Shown: positions 45,901-56,874 of the stretch, in pieces
Position numbering within the stretch: the stretch's first letter is position 1
How the letters are laid out: the number at the start of each line of letters is the position of its first letter
Assembly: GCA_963707985.1 (NCBI GenBank)
Contig: CAVPRW010000009.1
Location: forward strand, 32,001 to 96,000
Direction of reading: 5' to 3'
Source of the DNA: an uncultured Nitrospinota bacterium
Lineage (GTDB): Bacteria; Tectomicrobia; Entotheonellia; J063; CAVPRW01
DNA: 64,000 nt
Translations under genes and position numbers: made by a program
The notes under the pieces: generated by a model
What the model was told of the DNA's origin: nothing
Seen by the model: the letters and a program-made list of their open reading frames with translations, nothing else
The model's database searches: none

Positions 45901-46330
45901 GCCGACGTGCGCGTGGTGCTGCGCAGTGGCGTAGAGGGCGAGGCTCTGTTCCCACTGCGCGCGCGACCCGGACAACTCTCCTCGGTAGAGCAAAATACTC
46001 CCCAGGGCGAAGTGGGCTCCATGAAGATACATGCAGTCTTGGAGGTGCTGGGCCAGAGTGAGGAGTTCCCCACTCACCTCCCGTACGGTGTGTAACTCTG
46101 CCCGTACCACATGAACAATAATATAGTCCCCACAGCACCTGGCAGAGCTGTGGGACGTCTTCCACTCCCGCTTCATCCACTGCCAGGCGTTGGCCGGAGA
46201 TAATCTCCTCCTTCAGGGCTTCCAGGTGCGCCTCATCCAGTTGAAGCTGCAGTTGGAGGGTGCGATAGGTCAGGCGGCCCCGCTGGCGCAGCAGCGCGAT
46301 CACCTGATCCACGACCGCGACACAATCAAC
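45900..46330 (-). pseudogene. Collapsed cyclase-AAA-TPR remnant (N-terminal helical domain joined to a TPR piece)
   Basis: DQVIALLRQRGRLTYRTL....LDEAHLEALKEEII..RLAVDE as in 60453 and 63631 genes, then PQLCQVLWGL / AHFALGSILLYRGE. Confidence 0.78.
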
Positions 46331-46484
46331 CGCGTCTCCTTCCGGTCCGTTGCGGTGTCTGCGTGTGCATAAGCTCTCTCACCATAGCATAGGCGAAGGG
46401 AACATGCTGAAAGAAGGACAGAGGTGGAAAGCTCTGTGGCATATCAGGCGGTGACAGCATTGGGCGAGATGTATTGGCATGGCA

Positions 46485-48350
46485 TCAGCGCCTCTCCGCC
46501 GTGGGCATGAGCGGTAACAGCACATGCGACGGCCTGGCCTGATCCACATAGACTGTGTTCGTGGCCGCGCGGCTGTGGGTGCTCAAGCCTTCTGGCTCCC
46601 CGGTGTTAAAGTTCAGGTCAAACTGCGGAAAATTGCTACTGGCGATGTCCAGCCGCAGCCGATGCCCGGGCGCAAACCAGTTGCTACAGGGGAACAGTTC
46701 AATGCGGATGGCGTACACCTGCCCTGGTTGCATCAGCGTCGCTGACTCCCAGGCGTCGCGGTAGCGCACGCGCAGGATGCCGCCCGTGAGGTTCATGGCG
46801 TACCCATCGGGGTAATCGGCGTTGGGCGGATAGACATCGACGAGCTTGGCGGTAAAATCAGTGTCCGGACAATCCGACCTGATCCACAGGTGGACCGTGA
46901 TGGGGCCGGTGACTTCCACGGCCTGGGTCAGCGGGGCCGTTTGAAACACCAGGATATCCGGGCGCTCGGCCAGCGGGCGGTAGGGAGGCCGAGCGCCGAA
47001 AAAGGCCGGGGTCTCACGCTGATCAAACGCCCCACCGACCATGATGGGTTCCCCCGAGGAGATCGAACCACCTATGGTGGGCACCGGATGAGTTGGATCG
47101 TGGCGATACGTCCGTGGCGGTGCCGCCGCGGCGGGCGTGTCGGGCGACAGTGTGCCATTCGTATGCAAATAGTAGGGGGTAAACTGCGTGTCGGGCAACG
47201 GCCATGTGGCCGCCTGGCGCCAGTGCCCGCCATGATCGAGACGGCCAGCGGCATTGCGGCGCCCGCTGCCACCCCCCATGACGAAGCCCCGCACCGCCGG
47301 TTCGGTCTCGACACCATTGTCCACGCCGCGTAACCAGCGGTCGAACCAGCGTAAGCGCAGGGTACAAAAGTCTGGAGCGAGGTTGTCGTCCAGCGGTGCC
47401 ATCGGGCCAAAATCGACCTCCCCGGCATAGCTCGACGAACGATTGCCATGGGTCCAGGGACCGAGGATGAGCCGCACGGGACCACGTTTGCGGGTCACCA
47501 GCCCCTGATAGTTTTCCGTGGCCGTACGGACATAGGGATCATACCAGGACGACATATGCACCTGTGGCACATCGGCGCTCTGGGCATAATAGCCCGCGGC
47601 GTAGAGTCCCGGTTGCGTCCAGTACTCATCAAACGTGCCATGGGTCCATTGCTCAAAGAGATACGCTTCATACTCCGGCGCGGCTGTCACGGGTGAGTGC
47701 CCGGGCTGCCAGGGCATCTGCCCAAACCACTGGTGCAGGTCGACCGCTTCCAGGGTGGTGCGGCACTGTGGGTCCGCCAGCACTCTCGGGCTCTTCAGGG
47801 CATTGGTGTAGGCCCAGGTGGCCTGCCTGAGTTCGAAGGCGCCGCCCTGGCGAATCCCACTCTGATAGGCGTTGGCAAAGCCTCCCGAATCCACAAACAT
47901 GGCCGCTAGGCCAGGCGGATTGAGGCTGGCGAGCGCCATCTGGGTATGGGCGGCATAGGACAAGCCCATGGTCCCGATACGGCCATTGCACCAGCACTGG
48001 CGGACGAGCCAGGCACAGGTATCGTAGCCGTCCGTCGCCTCGGTGAGGTATTTCTCAAAGGCCCCTTCCGAACCATAGCGGCCACGACAATCTTGATAGA
48101 TCACGACATAGCCATGGTGGACAAAGAAGGCCGCGACTTCCTGGCGCGATTGGGGGCGCTCCGGGTGGTGGCGCGAGATTTCCGAACGACTCGTCTGCCC
48201 TTTCCCGTACGGCGTGCGTTCGAGAATGACAGGGAACGCCCCGGGAACGGTCTGCCCTGCGGCCGTGGGGCGATAGACATCGCACGCCAGCTTGATGCCA
48301 TCCCGCATCGGGACCATGATATCGCGTTCAACCCTCATGTCGTCATGCAT
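46485..48350 (-). CDS. CocE/NonD family hydrolase
   Basis: MRDGIKL..D.YRP, ERTPY, QDCRGRYGSEG, GLSY, GPWTH, DTDFTAKLVD, SSNFP. Confidence 0.93.
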   Translation of the reverse strand: MHDDMRVERDIMVPMRDGIKLACDVYRPTAAGQTVPGAFPVILERTPYGKGQTSRSEISRHHPERPQSRQEVAAFFVHHGYVVIYQDCRGRYGSEGAFEKYLTEATDGYDTCAWLVRQCWCNGRIGTMGLSYAAHTQMALASLNPPGLAAMFVDSGGFANAYQSGIRQGGAFELRQATWAYTNALKSPRVLADPQCRTTLEAVDLHQWFGQMPWQPGHSPVTAAPEYEAYLFEQWTHGTFDEYWTQPGLYAAGYYAQSADVPQVHMSSWYDPYVRTATENYQGLVTRKRGPVRLILGPWTHGNRSSSYAGEVDFGPMAPLDDNLAPDFCTLRLRWFDRWLRGVDNGVETEPAVRGFVMGGGSGRRNAAGRLDHGGHWRQAATWPLPDTQFTPYYLHTNGTLSPDTPAAAAPPRTYRHDPTHPVPTIGGSISSGEPIMVGGAFDQRETPAFFGARPPYRPLAERPDILVFQTAPLTQAVEVTGPITVHLWIRSDCPDTDFTAKLVDVYPPNADYPDGYAMNLTGGILRVRYRDAWESATLMQPGQVYAIRIELFPCSNWFAPGHRLRLDIASSNFPQFDLNFNTGEPEGLSTHSRAATNTVYVDQARPSHVLLPLMPTAERR

Positions 48351-48559
48351 ATTCTCACCCTCGCGTTGGACATGGCGCCTCGTCAGGCAGCACTCCCGCC
48401 ATTATGCCAACCTCCCCACGTGATGACAACCGCAGCGCGCCGCCGGCCGCGGTGGCGCCCTGCTGGCAGGGGTGCGGGGGCCTGGGGCGATGAGGACGCG
48501 GCCGAAACGGTGCTAGAAGTAAGGCGATGACCGGCCGCCCTCGGTCACGTTCACGCGTC

Positions 48560-48575
48560 CCCCCTAAACGCTTAC
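48560..48575. mobile_element. Possible IS66-type terminal repeat relic
   Basis: cccctaaacgcttac (reverse GTAAGCGTTT) abutting the tail of comM repeat copy 2; no transposase seen. Confidence 0.35.
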
Positions 48576-49045
48576 GACTACCGGGCGGTCCACGAATCTC
48601 TCAGGGGCATCATCCGTCTGGCGAACTCCGCCAACGTATGGTGGTTGAGGACGTGCGGGAGATTGTCGGTAGAGAACACCCTCCTCGGGCGGTTGCTGCC
48701 AGACCTCCAGGACGTAGCGGCGATACTCGGGCAGTTCATCGGGGAAGGGCACGCCGTGGTGCGCTGGCGACCCCTCGCCCGGCATCGGCACCTGGCCCCC
48801 GCCGATCAGCCCCGCCTCCGAGAGGGTATGGTGGGGGGCTCGAAACGGGCGGGTCGTCACCAACGCCGTGCGGTTGCCGGTGAGGCCGGCGACGCTGTGG
48901 ATCCGCGTCGTCTCAATGGCCTCGGCCAGGGTCATCGCCGGCAGGATGGTGGTGAGTCGGCGTGCCAGCATCGATTTGCCCGCCCCTGGAGGTCCCAGAA
49001 GGAGGAGGTTATGGTCAGAACGCCCGCATCAGGTTCCGCCTTGCG
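48576..49045 (-). repeat. comM/YifB-derived repeat, copy 2 (most complete)
   Basis: [66 protein letters not shown] plus conserved non-comM flanks. Confidence 0.9.
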
Positions 49046-49485
49046 CTAGGATTGGTGGGGCATTCATCCGGTGCGAATGCCCGCCTTTCATCTGGGAGCC
49101 GTACCTTGGCAGGTACTGGAGCCCCGCCACTCTGCCGCCTCATGGGCCTTGGCCCGGCGACCCCTGCCTACGATTGCGTCGTCGCCCCGGCCAAGCAGGC
49201 GGAGAGGATCTTCCCTCACGAGCCCTGACCTTCGGAGGTCCGACACCCGGCGTGCAAGGGCCGTGTCGACTGACGGGGGCGCTCTGAAGAAGCAGCCCTC
49301 CCACGCGTTTCCGGACTGGCGAGCCCATCACACACCTGGGGTGCCGCGCACGGCCGTGGCGGTCGGGACCCCTCCCCTGCGTGATGATCGGCGCGTCGAC
49401 CGCCGTTGAGCCCCGGCGTGTTGAGGCGCTCAGGGGCCAGCCCGGCACTGACGGACGCGCGGGATCACCGCTCTTGGGACACGCG

Positions 49486-49730
49486 CTAGTTGGCGGCGAA
49501 GCCGTAGAACAACCCGTCACCGCCGGCGCTGCGCAGATCGGCCTGGCTACAGCCGCCGTCTGGCACGCGCGACGGGTGCGACGAATTGCACGCCTTTGCC
49601 GGCGGATCCTCGGTCCGCCCCATGCGGTCGTGGTGGCCGACCATCGCCGCTCCTTGGCCGCTCTGCGTCCAGTTGCCGCAGGTCTGGTCCTCGCTGGGTG
49701 GAAAGGCGCGATTGTACTGGGACTGGGCGG
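49486..49730 (-). pseudogene. C-terminal fragment of a secreted endostatin/lectin-like protein
   Basis: TCGNWT.SG.GAAMVGHHDR.G..NSSHPSR..GCSQ.DL...GGDGLFY.FA. Confidence 0.65.
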
Positions 49731-50028
49731 CCCTGTCAACGCCGCCCTGGAGACCCATGTGATCGCGGCAGGGTGAGGAGGTCGCACATGCAGGCAGGCG
49801 CCGCTCCCCTGTCGCGAAGGTCAAGGGAGTGGAACAACCTTACGGAGAAGTATGTCGCGGTGAGAGATGGATCACGACAGCGGGGAAACGGATGACCGCC
49901 CAGGCATGATCCTCTGCAGTGCAGCCACAGAGGACCTGCACGATCTCCATCCCACCAGACCGTGACAGTGGGGCGATCAGTCCACAGCACGTGTCTAGCG
50001 GAGCAGCCGTCCAGCGCTGGGGCGGCAG

Positions 50029-50949
50029 TTATGACGGGAGGTGCCCTGCCACGTGCCGGGCTGCGCGGCCGAGCGCAAGCTGCCAGCGTCGGGGGATCAG
50101 CCCCTGGGCGGTGACCCCGTGCGCGGCGAGCACCTGCTGAAACCCAATCCACAACAGGGGGGCGGCATAGCTACTGCCCCGCTCCAGCACCTCCCACCAC
50201 GCCCCATAGGCCTGCGCGGGCACATGGAGGAATTCGGTGCCGAGCTTCCACGCACACACGAAGACAAAAAACACGGGCCGAGTGGCCTGCACACACAGCA
50301 CCCCGAGTACCATTTCGAACCCGCCGATGGCCGCACGCAGGGTGGGTAACGGGATGCCCAAGACCCCCAAGCCCGCCGCCGCATACAACCCGAGCAGGTT
50401 GGCTTTCCCTATCACCAGCCCGAAGGCCCCGTGGCCGATCAGCATACCGGCCATGACGCCGCGCAGCACCCACTGGGCCGTTTGCGCGCGGGCCACGGTC
50501 AAGCGCGGGATCTCGGTGAGCACGGTGAACCAGGACCGGGCGGTGGTCCCCATGCCGTGCACCCACAGCAGCAAGAAGGGCACGCCGAAGTTATAAGAGC
50601 GCTCCAGCATCTCCCAGCCCCCTTCCCCCGCGAGCGGCCGGAGCGACGCGGTGAACAGCCCCCAGCAGGCCATGTACAGCAGCCCGGCGCGCGTCGGGGC
50701 GACGAGCGCCAGCACCCCCAAGGTGATATCCACGCTCCCCACCACCGGCATGAGCGTCCAAGCCCAGGCCTCAGGGAAGCCGAACAGGGTAAAGTAGGGC
50801 ACCCAGGCCGGCTTCGCCATGACACCGAAGACGCCGTGACCGACGAATTCCGCGCACAGCGCCAGGCGAAAGAGCCAGTGGAGGTGCCATTCCGGCGTGT
50901 GCCGGGCGGCGGGATCGAACAGCGAGGTGGGGATGGTCTCCTGCGACAT
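50029..50949 (-). CDS. Membrane protein with two DoxX-like repeats
   Basis: Internal duplication FVGHG/LIGHG and WEMLERS/WEVLERG; about 8 TM segments. Confidence 0.7.
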   Translation of the reverse strand: MSQETIPTSLFDPAARHTPEWHLHWLFRLALCAEFVGHGVFGVMAKPAWVPYFTLFGFPEAWAWTLMPVVGSVDITLGVLALVAPTRAGLLYMACWGLFTASLRPLAGEGGWEMLERSYNFGVPFLLLWVHGMGTTARSWFTVLTEIPRLTVARAQTAQWVLRGVMAGMLIGHGAFGLVIGKANLLGLYAAAGLGVLGIPLPTLRAAIGGFEMVLGVLCVQATRPVFFVFVCAWKLGTEFLHVPAQAYGAWWEVLERGSSYAAPLLWIGFQQVLAAHGVTAQGLIPRRWQLALGRAARHVAGHLPS

Positions 50950-51049
50950 GACGGACTCCCGACTGAGTCATGGTGAACGGTGCCCTGCTGCAGACGCCCA
51001 CCGGACCTCAACCGCCGCGGCGGCCAAGGGGGCGGTAGGGCGCCTGCGG

Positions 51050-52385
51050 TTATGGCTTCACAGGCTGCAGGTAGAGCACCACGGCGCGCTCGCCGATCTT
51101 GCGCCCCAGCACGAGGCCGTCCTCACACGAGGTGCGGAAGTGGATGCCGGCATAGACGCGGGAGTCCGCGCTCTCGCGCGCCGCCTGCGAGACGCGGGTG
51201 AACGAGCGGGTGATGTCCGCGAAGGGCGGCCCACTCGTCACCGAGAACGACCACCTGGTCGGTGCCCAGGACACCCGTCAGGGCAGCGGCCGCCGCCCCG
51301 CTGAAGGTGCTCTGGGTCGAGGGGTAGTCCGAGACGTTCGGGGTGTTCTGAAGGCTGTTCCAGGTCGGGTCCCCGGCGGTCGCGTCGTTGCCGTCGGTGT
51401 CGCCTTCGCGGATGGCGGTCACCGGGCGCCAGGAATCGTAGACGTAGCGGATCTTGAAGCCCGCGATGTAGCTGTCCGCCATGGCCAGATTCATGAGGGC
51501 CAGGAGCCGGGCACTGTCCCAGGCGTCGAGGCCGCGCTCCTGCGCGACCGCCCGGGCAATGCGCTCCCACGCCGGTGGCCCCTCGAACCAGAAGCGCGCG
51601 ATCTCCGTTTGTTCCGGCGTGCGCGCCTCGCTGACCTGGCCGCCGATCCGCTTGATTTCGTTGTAGTCGCGCGCGTAGGCCTCGCTGGTCAGCGCCGGGG
51701 GCCCGGGGAGCCAGAACTGTGCGGCGGAGAGCAGCGTAAAAGGCGTGACGTTGCCCCAGCCGGGGAGCGCCGAGGATGCATAGCCGGGGGCCAGCGCCTT
51801 GTCCGCGATAGGCGGGTTCGGCGGGTCGGGGTTCGGGTGCGGCCGCCACTTGCCGGGGCCGGTCCCCGGCGTATAGGGTGCGTCCTTGGTGGCGCCGTCG
51901 TCCTTCCGGAGCGCCAGCATGGCCGTCCCTGCCGCCCGGCCGACCGTCACACCCTTGGTCTTCGCGGTGCTGTCGGACCCGCGGCTCAACGCGCCCAGGT
52001 AGGCGTCTTCAACCATCGCCAGCGCGGCAATCTTTTGCGCCGGCGTGCCGAAACTCGGCAGCACGCCGACCAAGACCGTGTGGGCGGCCGCGGCCACAGC
52101 GGCCTCGGGCGAGGCGCCCGCCTCTCCGGGACCCTCGAAATAATAGGCGGCATAGCGGCGGGTGCTCGCGTTGAGGGCATCATGGACCGCCCCCTGCACC
52201 ATCGCGAGGGTGCGCGTGACCTGGACGGGAGTCTGCCCACCCGCCGCGGCGGCTTTTACGGCCGTCTCGTTCCACGTGAGTACCTCGTTAGCGGCCGCGG
52301 GCGGGACGTGGGCGGCCGCCATGAGGCCGATCAGGAGGATGCTGGTCAGGAGTATGCTTCCGAAGACTCGACGAACGTGCCTCAT
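51050..52385 (-). CDS. Secreted vanadium-haloperoxidase/PAP2-fold protein, frameshift near 51250
   Basis: Signal peptide; K......WRP, DYPSTQS, SRVYAGIHFR; GAGGAG RBS. Confidence 0.85.
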
Positions 52386-52572
52386 GGCTCACTCCTCCTC
52401 TGCTGAATGGGCGCATGCCTACTGCGCCACGACACCGGCAACAATCGGATGGAGAGGAACCGCACGGAGGGTCATGCGGCGTGAATATAGCAGAACGGGC
52501 CAGGGTGTCAACACTGCTGTGACATCGCGGATGGCATTGCTTGCCCGTCTTCCGATCACTGGGCGAACTGTA

Positions 52573-52613
52573 GAGGCTCGCAGTCATTGCACGTGAGGCT
52601 CGCAGTCATGCAC
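52573..52613. repeat. Direct repeat, 22-bp period
   Basis: gaggctcgcagtcat at 52573-52587 and 52595-52609, each followed by (t)gcac. Confidence 0.75.
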
Positions 52614-53032
52614 TCTTCCTGGCCCGCAACCATTCATGCTCGCCGAGGCCTCAGGTCCACATGCCTTGCGCCGGAGCGCACATGATGGATTCTAGGCTCG
52701 CCATGATCTCCCGTGGGCCAACACGTGTTGCAATGAACCGGCAGCGGCACTCTACAAAGTATACGGCGAGTTGTTCGCGCGATATTCCAGCTCGTTGATG
52801 GTTGTGAGCCGGGGCATCAGGTCCAAGCTGGCCGTCTAAACTGACGTAGACGGGCAGTACATATGGCCAACTGACGCACAGATAGTGACACCGACGTTTA
52901 TCTGTAGGGTTCAGGTGTTCAGGTATGTGCATGAGTTGAGCCCTCGGTTGGTGCTCGCGCCTCTGCACTGACCCATCAGGAGCACGAGCAGAGGCGCGAG
53001 CACCAGGAAGGTCGGCTCTTCCCGTCCATGAC

Positions 53033-54428
53033 CTACAGCCCATTGAGCTGATCGCGTTGGATGGCCAGTACGGCAATGCTTTTGCCCATTTGGTTGCCGG
53101 CACGTTCATCGCTGGGGTAGTGGATGCCGCCGTAGATGCGGGAGAGGCCGGCCTCCTCGCCCAGATACCGCCATTGGACCGCCTCCTGCGGGAACATGGC
53201 GCCGACCAGTGACTGCCGCCGCACTGGCAATGATCGCGGCGTTCGAGACGTAGGCGGGATGGTTCGGCACCGTGATCAATGGCACGATCGTGGGGTCCGC
53301 CATGTTTGGCCGCAGCCGCCAGTAGGTGTATTTCGCATCGTGCGCGGCGATGTAGGCGTCGACATACAGGACGGCAACCGGCGCCAGCAACCGCACCTCC
53401 CGGGGCACACTGAGCCGCTCACGGCGCGCCAGCGCATAGCCCGGCTCCCACGTGAAGTCAGGGCTTTTGGCGGCAAAGTTGGTGGCGATGGCGCGCTGGG
53501 ACGGCGTCGGGTGACTGTTGATCCGCTTCAGCAATGCCAGCTCCTCCTGGAACTCCACTGAGTCGATGGCTGGCGGCGGCTCCGGCCGGAACTGGTCGCC
53601 CCGTGTCATCAGCCACGGCTTCCAGGTGCCCAGCAACGGCTCCAGCGGATCTTTCCCCACCCACATCCCTGGCCCGGTCGGCACGGTGCCGGTCCACTTC
53701 GCGTCTGAGCCGTCGGTGGCGGCGCGGGCGAGCGCCTTCTGTGCCACCGCCTGGCCGAGGGCGACCCCCGCCTCGATGTCGCTGCGATAGTTGGCGCCCA
53801 TCAGCAGCCGCGTCTGCCCCATCTCCTCGGCCGTAGCCGTTAGGTTGGCCTCCTCCTTGGGGAAAAACGCCGTCAGGATGCCGACCGCGGTCCCCGCGAG
53901 CGCCGCGTGCTCGGACGGATACGACGGTTCCGGCGCCGGGACCGCGCCGGTGATGAGGGCCACCGGGGTCACGTCCGGCACCAGCTGGCTGGGTGACTTG
54001 CGGTTGAACTGGTACTTCGCGGCCCAGGTCACGATCACGGCGTCGTGCAGCGCGGTGTGCAGAATGGCCGCCAGCTGCGCCTGACGGTTCGGACTCTGCC
54101 TCTCGGCCCGGGCGAGCGTGAAGGCAAGGTCGTGCCAGTGCAGCGTGGCCGGCCCGGCGTTGTAGTACTGGATTGCCGTGTTGGCGCTCGGCGAACGTTC
54201 CTTCTGCAGCTGTCGCAGTTCAGCCAGCTCAGCTGTGGTCTGATCGGAGGTCTCAGCTGGCGGTGCTGGCACCTGGATCTCGGTGCCCGAGGCGAGCACC
54301 CAGGTCTTCCACTGCCCCACCTTCGGCCCGCCGCTGTCGACCTCGCTGCTGGCGGAAAGTGCCATGACGCCGAGGAGCGCCAGCGTCATCACGATGAGTC
54401 TCATCGAGTGCCATGTCACCCTGAACAT
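53033..54428 (-). CDS. Secreted protein with two PAP2/haloperoxidase-like domains, frameshift near 53210
   Basis: Domain 1 KYQFNR..P, YPSEH, RLLMGANYRSD; domain 2 KYTYWRLRP, HPAYVSNA, SRIYGGIHYPSD. Confidence 0.82.
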
Positions 54429-55234
54429 GATCGTCCTCCCTTCTCTCGACAGCATCTGGCCTCTTCATTTCGAGCCACGGCGCTGGAGGCAGGGGCCTCG
54501 GCGGCGGGGCTCCCTTTGACGGCACCTCTGAGCGTTCCCCCCGGCAGCTGGGGAGAGGAGGTCAGCAGCCGCCGGGGAAAAGAGCCATGTTCCCTGTCTG
54601 CATGGTTCAGTGATCGACGCGTTGCCGACGCATTCGGCGAGAAGCCGTCCCCTCCGAGGGGATCGGGTGAGGAATGTATCAGGAGTTGGGGCCTTATGAG
54701 ATAGCGGAAGGGCATGTGGAGGCCATCCCTAACAGGAGGTTTCGAAGGGGAACCGGCCTTCATGGGCGTGCCCTCCTGATGCATGACAGCGAAGGGGGAG
54801 AGGATCGTGCCGGTGCGTTGGCGATCATCCTGTTCTCCCTGAGAGGATGAGAGAGGCGATGACGTGCGCTGGGCGTGGGGCCACCCCGAGGATGTTCAGG
54901 AGATCTCACATCACAGCAAGAGTGATTCCGTTTCGCCCACTGGTCCCGTGTCCTTGAACCATCGCGTTGGATGGTAGTGGGATGGAGCGAGGTGCGAGAG
55001 AGCGGGTGTGTAAATGTGCACATAGGTGAGGGCTGAACCGGGTGCGAAGGGGCGGTAAAGGCTTGCAAACGTTCTCCTGATAGAGAGGTGTGCGATCCTG
55101 AGCACTGTGCGTAGTGTCAGCGGTTGCGTGAAAATGTTGGGAAATGGGCGGTTTGAAAATGTGGGAGACAAAGGGTGAGCCAGGGTGTCGCCGGAAGCGA
55201 CTACTCGCTTCCGGTGAGCTTAGTGTCCCGAGGG

Positions 55235-55810
55235 TTAACTCTCGAGTTGGTCTTTCATGCGGAAACTTTTGCCTTCGATGATGACGGTCTCGGCGTGATG
55301 CAGCAACCTGTCCAGGATGGCCGCAGTCAGGGTGCTGTCATTGTTAAATATCCTGGGCCACTCCTTGAAGGCGCGGTTTGAGGTGATAATAATCGCCCCC
55401 TGCTTATAGCGCAGCGAGATGACTTGGAAGAGCAGATCGGCGCCCGCTTTGTCAATCGGAAGGTAGCCCAGCTCGTCGAGAATGAGCAGCGCGGGTTTGG
55501 TGTATTTCTTGAGTGCCGCTTTGAGATGGCCGGCATTCTTTGCGCCAGCCAGCGTGTTGATGACATCAATGGCACTGGCAAAGAGCACCGAGTAGCCTTG
55601 GAGGCAAGCGGCATAGCCCAGGGCCGTGGCCAGGTGGGTTTTCCCCAGGCCTACGCCGCCGAGAAAGATGAGATTGGCTTTGGCCTTGATGAACTCGAGG
55701 TGGAAGTGATTCTGCACCTGGAGGCGGTTGATTCGTGTGGGCCAGTCCCAGCGGAACTGATCGAGGGTTTTGATGACGGGGAAGCGCGCCAGACGAATGC
55801 GGCTTTTGGT
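55235..55810 (-). mobile_element. istB: IS21-family IstB helper ATPase, N-terminally truncated
   Basis: RIRLARFP..KTL.QF.W, GGVGLGKTHLA, LILDELGY, TSN..F.EW, ILDRLLHH..I.GKSFR. Confidence 0.9.
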
Positions 55811-55829
55811 AGCCCGGTCGCGCCGCGGT

Positions 55830-56669
55830 GGCTTGCAGACGGCGGCGGAACGACGTCACGCCAACCAGCTCACACACCTCCACCGGCTCCGCAAGTCCCT
55901 TCACGGGCACCGGGCCCAGCGCCTTGACCTGGATGAACCCCTCGGCCAGCCGCTGCGTTTCCGCCGCCAGTCGAATGCTCCCCGGGGTGGCGAGCTGTTC
56001 CATGCGCGCGGCCAAGTGCGTCGTCTGGCCCACCGCCGTGTAATCCAGGGAGAGATCGCTGCCGATGCTCCGGACCACCACCTCCCCGGAATTGAGCCCG
56101 ACCCGGATCTGCACCTCGATGCCGTGGGCGCGGCGCACCTCCTCGCTGTAGCACCGAATCGCGTCCTGCATCGCGAGCGCCGCATAGCAGGCCCGTACGG
56201 CATGATCTTCATGGGCGATCGGCGCCCCGAATAGCGCCATGATGCCATCACCCATCACTTGGTTGACCGTGCCCTCATAGCCATGCACCGCGGCCATCAT
56301 CCGCTCCAGCACTGGGTCGAGGAGCTGGCGGGCTTCCTCGGGGTCACGGTCGGCCAGCAACTCCATCGACCCCTTCAGGTCGGCGAACAGCACAGTCACC
56401 TGCTTGCGCTCCCCTTCCAAGGCCCCACGGGAGGCGAGGATTTTCTCGGCCAAATGAGCGGGTGTATAGCTCAGCGGCGGTTGGGGGGCTGAGGGGGGGT
56501 GCGGCGTGGGTGTCTGCCCGGTGAGCGAGGGGGCACATTGCCCACAGAACTTCGCCTGGGGTGGATTCGCAACCCCACATTGCGGACAACGCCTCGTGAG
56601 AGGGGCCGCACATTCAATGCAGAACTTCATCCCCTCGGGATTGTCAGCCTCACAGCTCGGGCAGTGCAT
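55830..56669 (-). pseudogene. Double-zinc-ribbon + class III cyclase protein, truncated before the AAA domain by the IS21 remnant
   Basis: CPSC..FCIEC..CPQC..FCGQC; VTVLFADLKGS, MGDG, RVGLNSG, GQTTHLAARME. Confidence 0.88.
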
Positions 56670-56874
56670 GGGTGCGCCCTCCGGCACGGCCGTGTAGCGG
56701 CTGGGGATACGCGGCAAACCTCTCAATGCGCGCCATTGACATCGATGTAGGAGCTGAAGTGTCAGTACTCCAGGTGGGGCCAGGTGTCAAGCGAAAAGCA
56801 CGCGATGGCTGCATAGGCTGAAGCGGAGGGTGAGGGCTGACCGAGGAGACGGGGTGACCGCCACGCTGGTGGGC

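Noticed and set aside
48564..48971. Functional comM or Mg-chelatase gene
   Set aside because: Only an internal piece with a degenerate Walker B; N- and C-terminal domains absent
51198..52406. Long antisense ORFs (also 2530-3660, 1153-2148, 61748-62764 and others)
   Set aside because: Shadow frames of GC-rich genes on the opposite strand
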